Assembly (NCBI GenBank): GCA_045543555.1
Contig: JAZQMQ010000018.1
Location: forward strand, 10,985-74,984
Direction: 5' to 3'
DNA from: Eubacteriales bacterium
Lineage (GTDB): Bacteria; Bacillota; Clostridia; Oscillospirales; CAG-272
DNA length: 64,000 bases
In this document: positions 19,781 through 28,689 of the stretch, one piece after another
How the letters are laid out: every line of letters starts with the position of its first letter
Position numbering within the stretch: position 1 is the stretch's first letter
The notes under the pieces: generated by a model
Databases searched by the model: none
Told to the model about the DNA's origin: nothing
The model's input: the letters and a program-made list of their open reading frames with translations, nothing else
Translations under genes and position numbers: made by a program

Positions 19781-22003
19781 ATGAAAAGAACCAGACTTCT
19801 GTCTCTTCTTCTTATCGTTTTTCTTGTAGTTGGCGTTCTCGCCGGCTGCTCAGAGAAGAAGGACAAAGGCTACGTTTTCGATCCCGCTGACGTAGTCGCA
19901 CACAAGTCCTACACCTCCGTCTACGATGAAATCGGTTCCAAGATCACCGCAGACATGGTTGTAGAAAAAGACGGTTTTGCTTACGTTACCTATGAGGGCG
20001 TAGAGTATGAGCTTGGTATGGACTTCCTGTCCATGGCTATGGTTTATAACTGCACTCCTAAGGGCAACTTCAAGACCGCTGAAGAGGTTTACAACTTCTG
20101 GTGGAAGCTCTATATGCAGAGATGGAACTATCTCGCTCCTGAGATCCCGCTCTATTCCAACCAGTACTTCGACCTCTACAACGCTAAGATCGAAGGCTTT
20201 GAAACCACTCCTTACTGGAGTGCTGCTGATGCCATCATCAAGGCAACCGTTAAGACTGAAGACAACTCCGTAATTCTCGGCTCTTCTACCGAGCTTTCCG
20301 GCGCTTTCCGTAACTCCAGCTGGGGTAAGTCTTCTCCCGGATCTTCCGACCTCGATATCCAGAACCTCACCTCCGGACACGGCACTGTTCAGACCGGTCC
20401 TGACGGCGCAATGCTTTGGAATATGCAGGCTCTTGCTGCGGTTCCTACCTCTGTTAAGAACGAGGACGGCACTCTCACCTACACCATCAAGGTTAGAAAC
20501 GACCTTAAGTTCTCCGATGGCTCCGCTATCAACGCAAAGAACTACATCGTATCTATCCTTGCTAACTCCACCGCTGTTGCAGTAGCAGCAGGCGGAACCG
20601 GTAACTCCGGTATGCAGATTGTTGGTTATGATGCATTCAAGGGCTATGAAGGCAAGAACGATGGCCAGGCAGTGCTTGACAAGGATGGCAACGCTACCGA
20701 CGTTGTTGCTTCCAAGTACTTCTCCGGCGTTAAGCTTATCGACGACTACACCTTCTCCATCACCTTCCTTGCTGATTACGCAGATTACTACTATGTAATG
20801 TCCTACGCTTCCTACTCTCCCGTTCCTATGGCTCTCTATGCTGGCGAGTACGACATCATCGTAAACGACGACAAGAGCTGCGGTCTTGCTGACGGCTTCT
20901 ATGCTAAGGCAACCAAGGACGGCGTTGAGCAGTACACTATGGCTGAGGTTATCGTCAACAACCTCAAGTGGGATTCCGCTCTTCCTTACTCCGGACCCTA
21001 CGTAGTTAAGAACTACGACGCTGCTAACCTCATCGCTACCCTCGAGCTCAACCCCAACTATCCCGGTGACGACGCTCGTGGCAAGGCTACCATCAAGACC
21101 ATCACCTACGTAAAGATGGTTTCTGAGACTCAGATGGACCAGTTCAAGACCGGTCAGATCGACGTTCTCGCTGGTATCACCGGCGGTGCTGACACCAAGG
21201 CTGCTCTTGCACTCGTTGCTGAGAGCCCCGACAAGTATGCTGAGACTCACTATGACCGTGCAGGTTACGGTAAGCTCGCATTCCGTGGCGACCTCGGTCC
21301 TACCGCTATGGTAGAGGTTCGTCAGGCAATCATGTACACCATCAACCGTCCTGAGTTCGCTCAGAACTTCACCGGCGGTTACGGTTCCGTTGTTCATGGT
21401 CCTTACTACACCGGTATGGCTGCATACAAGGCAAATGAGAGCATTCTCAACCTTAACCCCTACGCATACAGCTCCGACAGCGCTATCGAAGTTCTCGAAG
21501 AGGGCGGTTGGATCTACAATAAGGACGGCTCTGAATACGACGCAGAAAAGGGCGGCGTACGTTACAAGAAGCTTTCCGGCTTCGAGCTCTCCGAGCAGAA
21601 CCTTAAGTACTCCTCTATCGACGGTAAGTACAAGACCGTTAAGGTAGGCGAAGACTTCTATATGCCTCTTGCAATCAACTGGTACGGCACTCAGCCTAAC
21701 GACGTTACCGACCAGCTTATCACTGCATGGCAGAACAACCCCAACGCTACTACCGCAATCGGTATGTACATCACCTACACCAGCTGTGATTTCAACTCCG
21801 GTCTCTACGGTGAGTACCTCCAGATCGAGCAGTACGGTTGGGACGGAGTTGCTAAGTGTGCCGCTATCAACTTCGCTACCGGCTTCACTTCCGCAATCTA
21901 TGATCAGTCTTACTACTGGACTATCAACCAGGATTACTACGCAGACTACTCCAACAACTACATCATGGATGAGGCTGACTTCTGGGAGAACTACACTAAG
22001 TAA
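19781..22003 (+). CDS. Oversized (about 740 aa) family-5 (Opp/Dpp-type) ABC substrate-binding lipoprotein
   Basis: GGAGG lies 8 nt upstream of the ATG at 19781. Lipobox VLAGC. Family-5 SBP character is seen, for example FSDGSAINAKNYI. The protein is about 200 aa longer than typical OppA/DppA. Confidence 0.8.
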   Translation: MKRTRLLSLLLIVFLVVGVLAGCSEKKDKGYVFDPADVVAHKSYTSVYDEIGSKITADMVVEKDGFAYVTYEGVEYELGMDFLSMAMVYNCTPKGNFKTAEEVYNFWWKLYMQRWNYLAPEIPLYSNQYFDLYNAKIEGFETTPYWSAADAIIKATVKTEDNSVILGSSTELSGAFRNSSWGKSSPGSSDLDIQNLTSGHGTVQTGPDGAMLWNMQALAAVPTSVKNEDGTLTYTIKVRNDLKFSDGSAINAKNYIVSILANSTAVAVAAGGTGNSGMQIVGYDAFKGYEGKNDGQAVLDKDGNATDVVASKYFSGVKLIDDYTFSITFLADYADYYYVMSYASYSPVPMALYAGEYDIIVNDDKSCGLADGFYAKATKDGVEQYTMAEVIVNNLKWDSALPYSGPYVVKNYDAANLIATLELNPNYPGDDARGKATIKTITYVKMVSETQMDQFKTGQIDVLAGITGGADTKAALALVAESPDKYAETHYDRAGYGKLAFRGDLGPTAMVEVRQAIMYTINRPEFAQNFTGGYGSVVHGPYYTGMAAYKANESILNLNPYAYSSDSAIEVLEEGGWIYNKDGSEYDAEKGGVRYKKLSGFELSEQNLKYSSIDGKYKTVKVGEDFYMPLAINWYGTQPNDVTDQLITAWQNNPNATTAIGMYITYTSCDFNSGLYGEYLQIEQYGWDGVAKCAAINFATGFTSAIYDQSYYWTINQDYYADYSNNYIMDEADFWENYTK

Positions 22004-22036
22004 TTTCTTCCACAACTGAAATATCAGTGAACTAAA

Positions 22037-22083
22037 TATAGGAAGGGCGTTGAAAAATGCCCTTCCTATACCGCTTTTTTTGT
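22037..22083 (+). terminator. Intra-operon hairpin (partial terminator or mRNA-stabilising stem) after the SBP gene
   Basis: A 12-bp stem, tataggaagggc/gcccttcctata, is followed 4 nt later by tttttttt. Confidence 0.6.
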
Positions 22084-22150
22084 TTTTTACAATTTTATTT
22101 GATTATATCTGGATCGGCCTTGTATAAGGCCAAGAAATTGGAGGATTCCG

Positions 22151-23173
22151 ATGGGCAAATATATGTTGAAGAGAATGGTATATATTGTTCTCGTCTTCTT
22201 TATCCTCTCGTTCCTGCTGTTCATGATTTACAATATGGTTCCCGGTGCGGACAAGTCTTATGAGTATGCAAAAGCAGAATGGCAAGTTAATAAGCAGCTC
22301 GATCTTGATGAACGTGTTGCGTATTGGCAGGAAAAATTAGGAACGAACGGTACTAAATTTGAAAGATATCTCCGTTGGATCGGAGTTTACCCCTATAAAA
22401 ACGGCTCATTTAATGGAATACTGCAGGGAAATTTCGGAACTTCAACGAAATTTGCCAAGCCAGTAATTGAAGTTATAAAGGAGCCGATGGAAAATACGAT
22501 ATTTATTAATATTTTTGCTACTATTCTCGCACTCGGTATCACTATACCGCTCGGCATCTTCTGTGCTGTCAAGCGCGGAAGCAAGCGAGACGTAGGAGTG
22601 CAGGTCGGTACTATCGTAGGCTACAGTTTGCCGATTTTTATTATTGCGATAGTGTTCATATGGGTGTTTGCGGTGTTACTGGGCTGGTTCCCGGTATCGG
22701 GTATGCAAAACGCAAATTATCTTAGCTGGCCTAAGTGGAAGCAGTTCCTTGATAAGATGTATCATCTGTCACTTCCCCTTATCGTTATGACCTTTACGTC
22801 TCTGGGCGGTATGACACGTTTTGTCCGTGCATCCATGATCGAGGCTCTTTCCATGGACTGTATCCGTACCGCACGTGCAAAGGGCTTAAGAGAAAAGGTA
22901 GTTATCTATACTCATGCGTTCCGCAATGCGCTTCTTCCCATTACTACCCTTATTATCGGATGGTTCCTCGGAATTTTCGGCGGATCAATGATGATCGAAA
23001 ATATTTTTGCTCTTAACGGTATAGGTAAAATCTATTATGATGCTCTTCAAGCTTCTGATAATGAACTTGTACTCGGTCTTCAGCTGTTCTACATAACCAT
23101 CGCACTTGTCGGTAATCTTCTTATCGATATCGCGTACGGTCTTGTAGACCCGCGTGTTCGTGTCAATAAGTAA
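22151..23173 (+). CDS. OppB/DppB-type ABC permease
   Basis: Starts MLKRMVYIVLVFFILSF. Also carries the BPD_transp_1 core ...CIRTARAKGLREKVVIYTHAFRNALLP.... Confidence 0.85.
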   Translation: MGKYMLKRMVYIVLVFFILSFLLFMIYNMVPGADKSYEYAKAEWQVNKQLDLDERVAYWQEKLGTNGTKFERYLRWIGVYPYKNGSFNGILQGNFGTSTKFAKPVIEVIKEPMENTIFINIFATILALGITIPLGIFCAVKRGSKRDVGVQVGTIVGYSLPIFIIAIVFIWVFAVLLGWFPVSGMQNANYLSWPKWKQFLDKMYHLSLPLIVMTFTSLGGMTRFVRASMIEALSMDCIRTARAKGLREKVVIYTHAFRNALLPITTLIIGWFLGIFGGSMMIENIFALNGIGKIYYDALQASDNELVLGLQLFYITIALVGNLLIDIAYGLVDPRVRVNK

Positions 23174-23187
23174 GGAGGCAGTATAAT

Positions 23188-25146
23188 ATGAAAAACGAAA
23201 ACAAAAATACTGCCAAAAAGAACGGCATCTTCTCAACTATCAAGCGTTGGGGCAGACGTATGTTCTTCGGCGCAAGCAACGAGATGTCAAAGGACGTTCT
23301 TTTCGTTGAAAAGATTGAAAGCCCGTCCGTTATGGCTGTTAAGGCATTCTTCCGCAGAAAGCTGGCAGTTGGAGCTCTTGTGGTGCTTGTTTCCTTGTTC
23401 CTTCTTGTATTCATCGGACCGCTCGTTATGCCGATGGATCTTAACTATGAGGATCCCCTTCAGGCAAACATTGCGCCTACGCTTTCTATGCTTGATGTTC
23501 CTAAGGCAGTTAAAAATGACGTTAAAACTATCACTGGATTTTCTAACTTCACAATAGGACTCAATAATTCCGGTAAGGTATACCTTTGGGGTAATACCAA
23601 TGATGCACTTTCCAACGTTGATTTTTCCGATATTCCCGATGAAGTAAAGAACGGTAAGGTCGCTTATATCGCATCGGGTTCCGACCACATTATTGCAATT
23701 ACCGAGGATGGAAAGATCATCGGTTGGGGTGATAATACCGTTGGTCAGTACGGATATGTGAAGAATGAAAACGATCCGTACATTCAGATGCCAAGCGAGT
23801 TTATAGAAGGCACAATTGATGCATCTAAGGTCGATCAGCTTATCTGCGGCTTCCAAGCAACAGGTCTTATTGTCGACGGACAGCTGCATATGTGGGGAAA
23901 CACAAATGCACTTCTCAGCTTGAAGGAATATTCCGAAGGCAAACTTCCTAGCGAGGGTGTTAAGAAGGTTGCTTTCTCAAACTATTATGCGCTTCTTCTT
24001 ATGGAGGACGGAACCGTAACAGGCGGTACTACACTGTCCCTTAATCAGACTGGATATTCCAGCACTGAAGGCAAGATTAAGAATCTCGGTGCTTATCTTG
24101 AGGGAAAGACTGTAGTTGATATTGCTGCTACAAACAACTGCTATTCTTTGGTAATGGCAGACGGAAGCGTTATCGTGTTCGGAAGCTTTCAGTACGGCGA
24201 AACTGATTTCCCGAAATTCGCAAACGGCGAAAAGGTTGTATCCGTTACCTCAGGTACACGTCACTTTGCTGTAATCACCGATAAGGGTCTGGCTTACACT
24301 TGGGGTCACAATGACCACGGTCAGGCAAGCCTCAAGGGTGTTCCCGCATCCGAAGTATATTGCGGATCCAAGCAGACCTATATTGTGAATGAAAACGACG
24401 ATGTAACCGCAAAGGCAGGTCTTAAGGGCTACCTTATGGGCACCGATAACCGCGGAAGAGATGTTCTTACACGTATCATCCACGGCGGTAAGATGACTAT
24501 GACGGTCGGTGCTGTTTCGGTTATTGTTTCGACGATTATTGCTATTATTGTTGGATGTATTTCCGGATATTTCGGTGGTTGGGTCGATATGCTTCTGATG
24601 CGTGTTACCGAGATTTGCTCATCTATTCCTTTCCTGCCGTTTGCAATGATGCTTTCATATGTACTTAATACAACAGATTTGAGTAATTACGGAGATCAGG
24701 ATAAAATCAGGATATTTATCATAATGATAATACTCGGACTCCTTTCTTGGCCGGGTCTTGCAAGAATGATTCGTGCACAGGTGCTTGCAGAGCGTGAAAA
24801 GGAATTCGTGGTTGCAGCTAAGTCAATGGGTGTTAAGGAAAGCAAGATCGCATTCAAGCACATCCTGCCTAACGTTATTTCGATAATTCTCGTTAACGTT
24901 ACTCTCGATTTCGCAGGTTGTATGCTTACCGAGTCCTCGCTTTCTTATCTCGGATTCGGCGTTCAGCTTCCTCAGCCTACTTGGGGTAATATGCTTAATG
25001 GTGCTAAAAACAGCCTTGTTATCCAGAATTATTGGTGGCAGTGGGTATTCCCGGCAATCTTCCTTGCAATTGCAACCATCTGTATCAACATTATAGGCGA
25101 TACGCTCCGTGACGTCTTCGACCCCAAGAGCAGCAGTGAAAGATAA
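23188..25146 (+). CDS. OppC/DppC-type ABC permease with a roughly 310-aa RCC1-like beta-propeller inserted in the first extracytoplasmic loop
   Basis: TM1 covers residues 59-81. Residues of about 100-410 contain six or seven repeats of the type GKVYLWGN, GKIIGWGDNTVGQYG, GQLHMWGN, GSVIVFGSFQYGE, GLAYTWGHNDHGQ. The canonical LMGTDNRGRDVLTRIIHG motif and permease core follow. Confidence 0.8.
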   Translation: MKNENKNTAKKNGIFSTIKRWGRRMFFGASNEMSKDVLFVEKIESPSVMAVKAFFRRKLAVGALVVLVSLFLLVFIGPLVMPMDLNYEDPLQANIAPTLSMLDVPKAVKNDVKTITGFSNFTIGLNNSGKVYLWGNTNDALSNVDFSDIPDEVKNGKVAYIASGSDHIIAITEDGKIIGWGDNTVGQYGYVKNENDPYIQMPSEFIEGTIDASKVDQLICGFQATGLIVDGQLHMWGNTNALLSLKEYSEGKLPSEGVKKVAFSNYYALLLMEDGTVTGGTTLSLNQTGYSSTEGKIKNLGAYLEGKTVVDIAATNNCYSLVMADGSVIVFGSFQYGETDFPKFANGEKVVSVTSGTRHFAVITDKGLAYTWGHNDHGQASLKGVPASEVYCGSKQTYIVNENDDVTAKAGLKGYLMGTDNRGRDVLTRIIHGGKMTMTVGAVSVIVSTIIAIIVGCISGYFGGWVDMLLMRVTEICSSIPFLPFAMMLSYVLNTTDLSNYGDQDKIRIFIIMIILGLLSWPGLARMIRAQVLAEREKEFVVAAKSMGVKESKIAFKHILPNVISIILVNVTLDFAGCMLTESSLSYLGFGVQLPQPTWGNMLNGAKNSLVIQNYWWQWVFPAIFLAIATICINIIGDTLRDVFDPKSSSER

Positions 25147-25166
25147 AGAGGTGGAAGGAGAAAACT

Positions 25167-26186
25167 ATGGCACTTTTAGAAGTAAAAAACCTTCATACCT
25201 TCTTTAAAACAAGAAAAGGTATTGTAAAGGCTGTAAACGACGTTTCTTATTCTCTCGAATCCGGAAAAACCATCGGTATCGTTGGCGAGTCGGGCTCGGG
25301 TAAGAGCGTTTCGGCAATGAGTATCCTTCAACTTCTCGACGGAAATGGCTACATTGCCGACGGAGAGATCATTTTCGAGGGCACAGACTTAACAAAGCTC
25401 ACCCAGGATCAGATGTACGATATCAGAGGTAACAAGATATCCGTCATCTTCCAGGAGCCTATGACGAGCTTGAACCCCGTTTTTAGCGTTAAAAAACAGC
25501 TCAGCGAGCCTTTTATGATCCATCAGAAGATGAAAAAGAAGGAAGCTGAGGCAAAGGCTCTTGAAATGCTCTATGCAGTTCAGATCCCCAATCCCGAGCA
25601 GGTAATGAGACAGTATCCTCATCAGCTTTCGGGCGGTATGCGTCAGAGAGTTATGATAGCTATGGCGCTTGCATGCAGACCTAAGATCCTTATCGCCGAT
25701 GAGCCCACTACCGCTCTCGACGTTACGATTCAGGCTCAGGTGCTTCGTCTGATGAATGATCTTCAGAGAGAAAACGGCACTTCAATTATATTCATAACAC
25801 ACGACCTCGGCGTAATCAACGAGATGGCTGACGACGTCGTTGTTATGTACTGCGGTCAGGTTGTCGAGCAGACCTCCGCAAGAACTATTTTCACGAACTG
25901 TCCCGTAAGCCATCCTTACACGGAAGGACTTATGTACAGTATTCCGAGAATAGACAATATTACCGAAAAGCTCGAACCCATTCCGGGTGTTGTTCCTCAT
26001 CCTCTGGCACTTCCCAAGGGATGCAAATTCGCGCCCAGATGTAAATATGCAACGCAAAAATGTCTTGAAGAGGAGCCTCCGTTGCTTGAGGTAAATCCCG
26101 GACAGAAGGTTCGTTGTTTCTATCCCGATAAGGAGGTGCGAAACAGTGTCGAACACCAACAAACTGTTGTCAATAACAAACCTTAA
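25167..26186 (+). CDS. OppD/DppD-type ABC ATP-binding protein
   Basis: Walker A GESGSGKS, signature LSGGMRQR, Walker B LIADEPTTALD. The C-terminal oligo_HPY motif has CKFAPRC. Confidence 0.9.
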   Translation: MALLEVKNLHTFFKTRKGIVKAVNDVSYSLESGKTIGIVGESGSGKSVSAMSILQLLDGNGYIADGEIIFEGTDLTKLTQDQMYDIRGNKISVIFQEPMTSLNPVFSVKKQLSEPFMIHQKMKKKEAEAKALEMLYAVQIPNPEQVMRQYPHQLSGGMRQRVMIAMALACRPKILIADEPTTALDVTIQAQVLRLMNDLQRENGTSIIFITHDLGVINEMADDVVVMYCGQVVEQTSARTIFTNCPVSHPYTEGLMYSIPRIDNITEKLEPIPGVVPHPLALPKGCKFAPRCKYATQKCLEEEPPLLEVNPGQKVRCFYPDKEVRNSVEHQQTVVNNKP

Positions 26187-27795
26187 AAAGTATTTCCCGA
26201 TAGCAAAGAGCCACATTTTTCAGAAAAATCAGCTCTACGTAAGAGCTAACGAGGAAATTACCATAGACATTATGCAGGGTGAGACCTTCGGACTTGTCGG
26301 TGAATCGGGTTGCGGTAAATCCACTCTCGGAAGAACCGTGCTCCAGCTTTACGATCAGACCGCGGGAAGCACAATGTACTACGGACGTACTGTTGCAGAT
26401 CTTGCCCCTAAGTACGTCGAAAAAACATTGAAAAATGCTCCCAAAATGATCGCGCTCTATCACAAGGCGCAGAAAAAGGCAGACGATCTTGCAACGCAGT
26501 GTGAGGAGCTCGGCGACAACGCTACGTTCTTCCAGCTTCAGAACAAGAACCTTGCAGCTGCAGAGGCTGAAACGGCTTTCAATAACGTTGTTAAGATCCT
26601 CGGCGGATTTGCTGCTCTTGACGATTGCCGTACAGGAGCTGACCTTCTTCTTAAGAAGTACAAGACCGACGTTGCTATCGCTAAGCTCAACGAGAAGATC
26701 AGACTTGTTGACAATGAGATCGATTTCTGCGAAGCTTCTGTAAAAGAGCTTAAAAATTCTGCGGACAGAGTTAAAGCAGAGAAGAAGATTCATTCATTTA
26801 ATGCAAAGAAAACGAAGTTCGTTGCTAAGAAGAAAAAGCTCTCATCGGAAATGGATAACCTGCTTAAGGTCCTTGATGCTGACAATGCCGCAATCGATGC
26901 GCTCAAGTCTCAGCACGTAGGTGATGAGAAGTTTGACGAATACGAAAAGCATCTCGACACAGGCCTTGATTTGAGCCGTCTTAAGTATTCCGAAATGAGA
27001 CTTCTCCGCAAGGACGTTCAGATCATTTTCCAGGATCCTTATTCTTCGCTTAACCCCCGTATGACTGTCGGTCAGATAATCGAGGAAGGACTTGTAACAC
27101 ATAAGTACTTCAAGCACGGTTCTCCTCAGATGAAGGAATACATCATCGAGATCATGCGGCGTTGCGGACTTCAGGATTATATGATCCACCGTTATCCTCA
27201 CCAGTTCTCAGGCGGTCAGCGACAGAGAATCTGTATCGCGAGAGCTTTGGCTGTTAAGCCTCAGTTCATCGTATGCGACGAGTGCGTTTCCGCTCTTGAC
27301 GTTTCCATTCAGTCTCAGATCATTAACCTCCTTGAAGAACTCAAGGAAAAGGATAATCTCACATACCTCTTCATTTCCCACGACCTTTCTGTCGTAAGAT
27401 ACATTTCCGACCGTATTGGTGTTATGTATCTTGGAAATATGGTAGAGCTCGGAACTGCAGAAACAATATTCAAGGATCCCAGACATCCTTATACTGTTGC
27501 ACTTCTTTCCTCCATACCCACAACCGATATGGAGAGCTTGACCAAGGAGCGTATTATCCTTGAGGGTAATATCCCCAGCCCGATCAAGCCCCCGGAGGGA
27601 TGTAAGTTCCACACACGTTGCTACATGGCTTGTGATAAGTGTAAGAGAGTTCCTCCTCCTTATGTTGAGGTTGATCCCGGACACTTTGTTGCTTGTCACT
27701 TCCTCGATAAGAAGATTGATGAGAACGGTAACTATCTCTTTGATGTTCCCACAAGAACCAGAAACACTAGAGTAACTGAGCCTGATCAGGAGTAA
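26146..27795 (+). CDS. OppF/DppF-type ABC ATP-binding protein with a roughly 195-aa predicted coiled-coil insertion
   Basis: A GTG start follows AGGAGG. Walker [10 protein letters not shown] is at residues 52-60. A long K/E/A/L-rich segment covers residues of about 86-280. Then come [22 protein letters not shown] and [11 protein letters not shown]. Confidence 0.85.
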   Translation: MSNTNKLLSITNLKKYFPIAKSHIFQKNQLYVRANEEITIDIMQGETFGLVGESGCGKSTLGRTVLQLYDQTAGSTMYYGRTVADLAPKYVEKTLKNAPKMIALYHKAQKKADDLATQCEELGDNATFFQLQNKNLAAAEAETAFNNVVKILGGFAALDDCRTGADLLLKKYKTDVAIAKLNEKIRLVDNEIDFCEASVKELKNSADRVKAEKKIHSFNAKKTKFVAKKKKLSSEMDNLLKVLDADNAAIDALKSQHVGDEKFDEYEKHLDTGLDLSRLKYSEMRLLRKDVQIIFQDPYSSLNPRMTVGQIIEEGLVTHKYFKHGSPQMKEYIIEIMRRCGLQDYMIHRYPHQFSGGQRQRICIARALAVKPQFIVCDECVSALDVSIQSQIINLLEELKEKDNLTYLFISHDLSVVRYISDRIGVMYLGNMVELGTAETIFKDPRHPYTVALLSSIPTTDMESLTKERIILEGNIPSPIKPPEGCKFHTRCYMACDKCKRVPPPYVEVDPGHFVACHFLDKKIDENGNYLFDVPTRTRNTRVTEPDQE

Positions 27796-27798
27796 TTT

Positions 27799-28011
27799 AT
27801 GCGCTTCGGACTCAAAAAAGAGGCACATATAAAGTCGGAAGAAAGAATGCTTGAGGATGAACTTAAGCTGAAAGAGGAGATCAGCAAGGAAGGTGGATTT
27901 GATAAGCACGATGCTGTTGCAATGATCATATCTGCTTACATTGTAATTGTTCCCGTTGTTCTTCTGGCGCTGTGTATTATGCTCGGCATTGGATATCTTC
28001 TGTTTACGTAA
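27799..28011 (+). CDS. Small (70 aa) single-pass membrane protein, translationally coupled to the ATPase gene
   Basis: AGGAG is 6 nt upstream and the gene starts 4 nt after the upstream stop. A charged N-terminal half (EERMLEDELKLKEEISKEGG) is followed by one TM helix. Confidence 0.5.
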   Translation: MRFGLKKEAHIKSEERMLEDELKLKEEISKEGGFDKHDAVAMIISAYIVIVPVVLLALCIMLGIGYLLFT

Positions 28012-28017
28012 TAATTT

Positions 28018-28051
28018 ATCGCCGCTTGATATACAAGCGGCGATATTTTTA
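28018..28051 (+). terminator. Rho-independent terminator ending the ABC operon
   Basis: An 11-bp stem, atcgccgcttg/caagcggcgat, is followed by attttta. Confidence 0.8.
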
Positions 28052-28079
28052 TTGACAATGTTTTCATATGTGATATAAT
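28052..28079 (+). promoter_or_regulatory. Sigma-A promoter of the SGNH/SGNH/phosphatase unit
   Basis: TTGACA at 28052-28057, a 16-nt spacer, TGaTATAAT at 28071-28079. Confidence 0.65.
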
Positions 28080-28113
28080 TAACTAAATAAATAATATTTA
28101 GGAGAAGTATAAA

Positions 28114-28680
28114 ATGATAAAGGTTGCTTTACTTGGTGATTCCATCAGACAGATCGGATACGGAAACGCAGTTTGTGAGCTTTTAGGTGACGAATACAGC
28201 GTATTTCAGCCCAACGATAATTGCAGATTTGTAAAATATACGCTTCGCTGTGTTTTGCATGAATGGAGATCTTCTCTTGAGGAAAGCGACGTTATCCATT
28301 GGAATAACGGACTTTGGGATATTTGCAACCTTGGTGACGGAGTTTTTACGACGTACGAAGAATATAGAGAAAATATGTTAAGGGTTGCTACGGCGCTCAA
28401 AAAATATGGAAAAGCAGTTATTTTTGCAACGACCACACCTGTAAGAGACGGGCATCCGTACAATTCTAATGATGTAATAAAGGAATATAATGATCGTATT
28501 GTTCCGGAGCTGATAAATATGGGTATCATTATTAATGACCTTCATAAGACAGTGGTTGCAGATGTCAATAAATATATTCTCGAAAGCGATATGATACATC
28601 TATCTGAAGAAGGTATTAATGCTTGCGCAACTCAGGTTGCAGAAATCATCAGAGCAACAGTAAAGGACGCTAGAAAGTGA
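28114..28680 (+). CDS. SGNH/GDSL-family hydrolase
   Basis: Block I LLGDSI, block III NNGLWD, block V DMIHLS. Confidence 0.8.
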   Translation: MIKVALLGDSIRQIGYGNAVCELLGDEYSVFQPNDNCRFVKYTLRCVLHEWRSSLEESDVIHWNNGLWDICNLGDGVFTTYEEYRENMLRVATALKKYGKAVIFATTTPVRDGHPYNSNDVIKEYNDRIVPELINMGIIINDLHKTVVADVNKYILESDMIHLSEEGINACATQVAEIIRATVKDARK

Positions 28681-28689
28681 GAAAAAGCA

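Noticed and set aside
19850-22015. A 721-aa ORF on the minus strand, antisense to the large substrate-binding protein gene
   Set aside because: This is a shadow ORF. Its composition is dominated by V/G/S/L with no recognisable domain, no RBS and no independent promoter. The plus-strand frame, by contrast, has a lipoprotein signal, an RBS and family-5 SBP character.
19781-27795. Calling the ABC system an oligopeptide (Opp) transporter and assigning oppABCDF symbols
   Set aside because: Family-5 binding proteins also import oligosaccharides, nickel and other ligands. The atypical modules and the adjacent esterases make peptide specificity uncertain, so only Opp/Dpp-type architecture is claimed.
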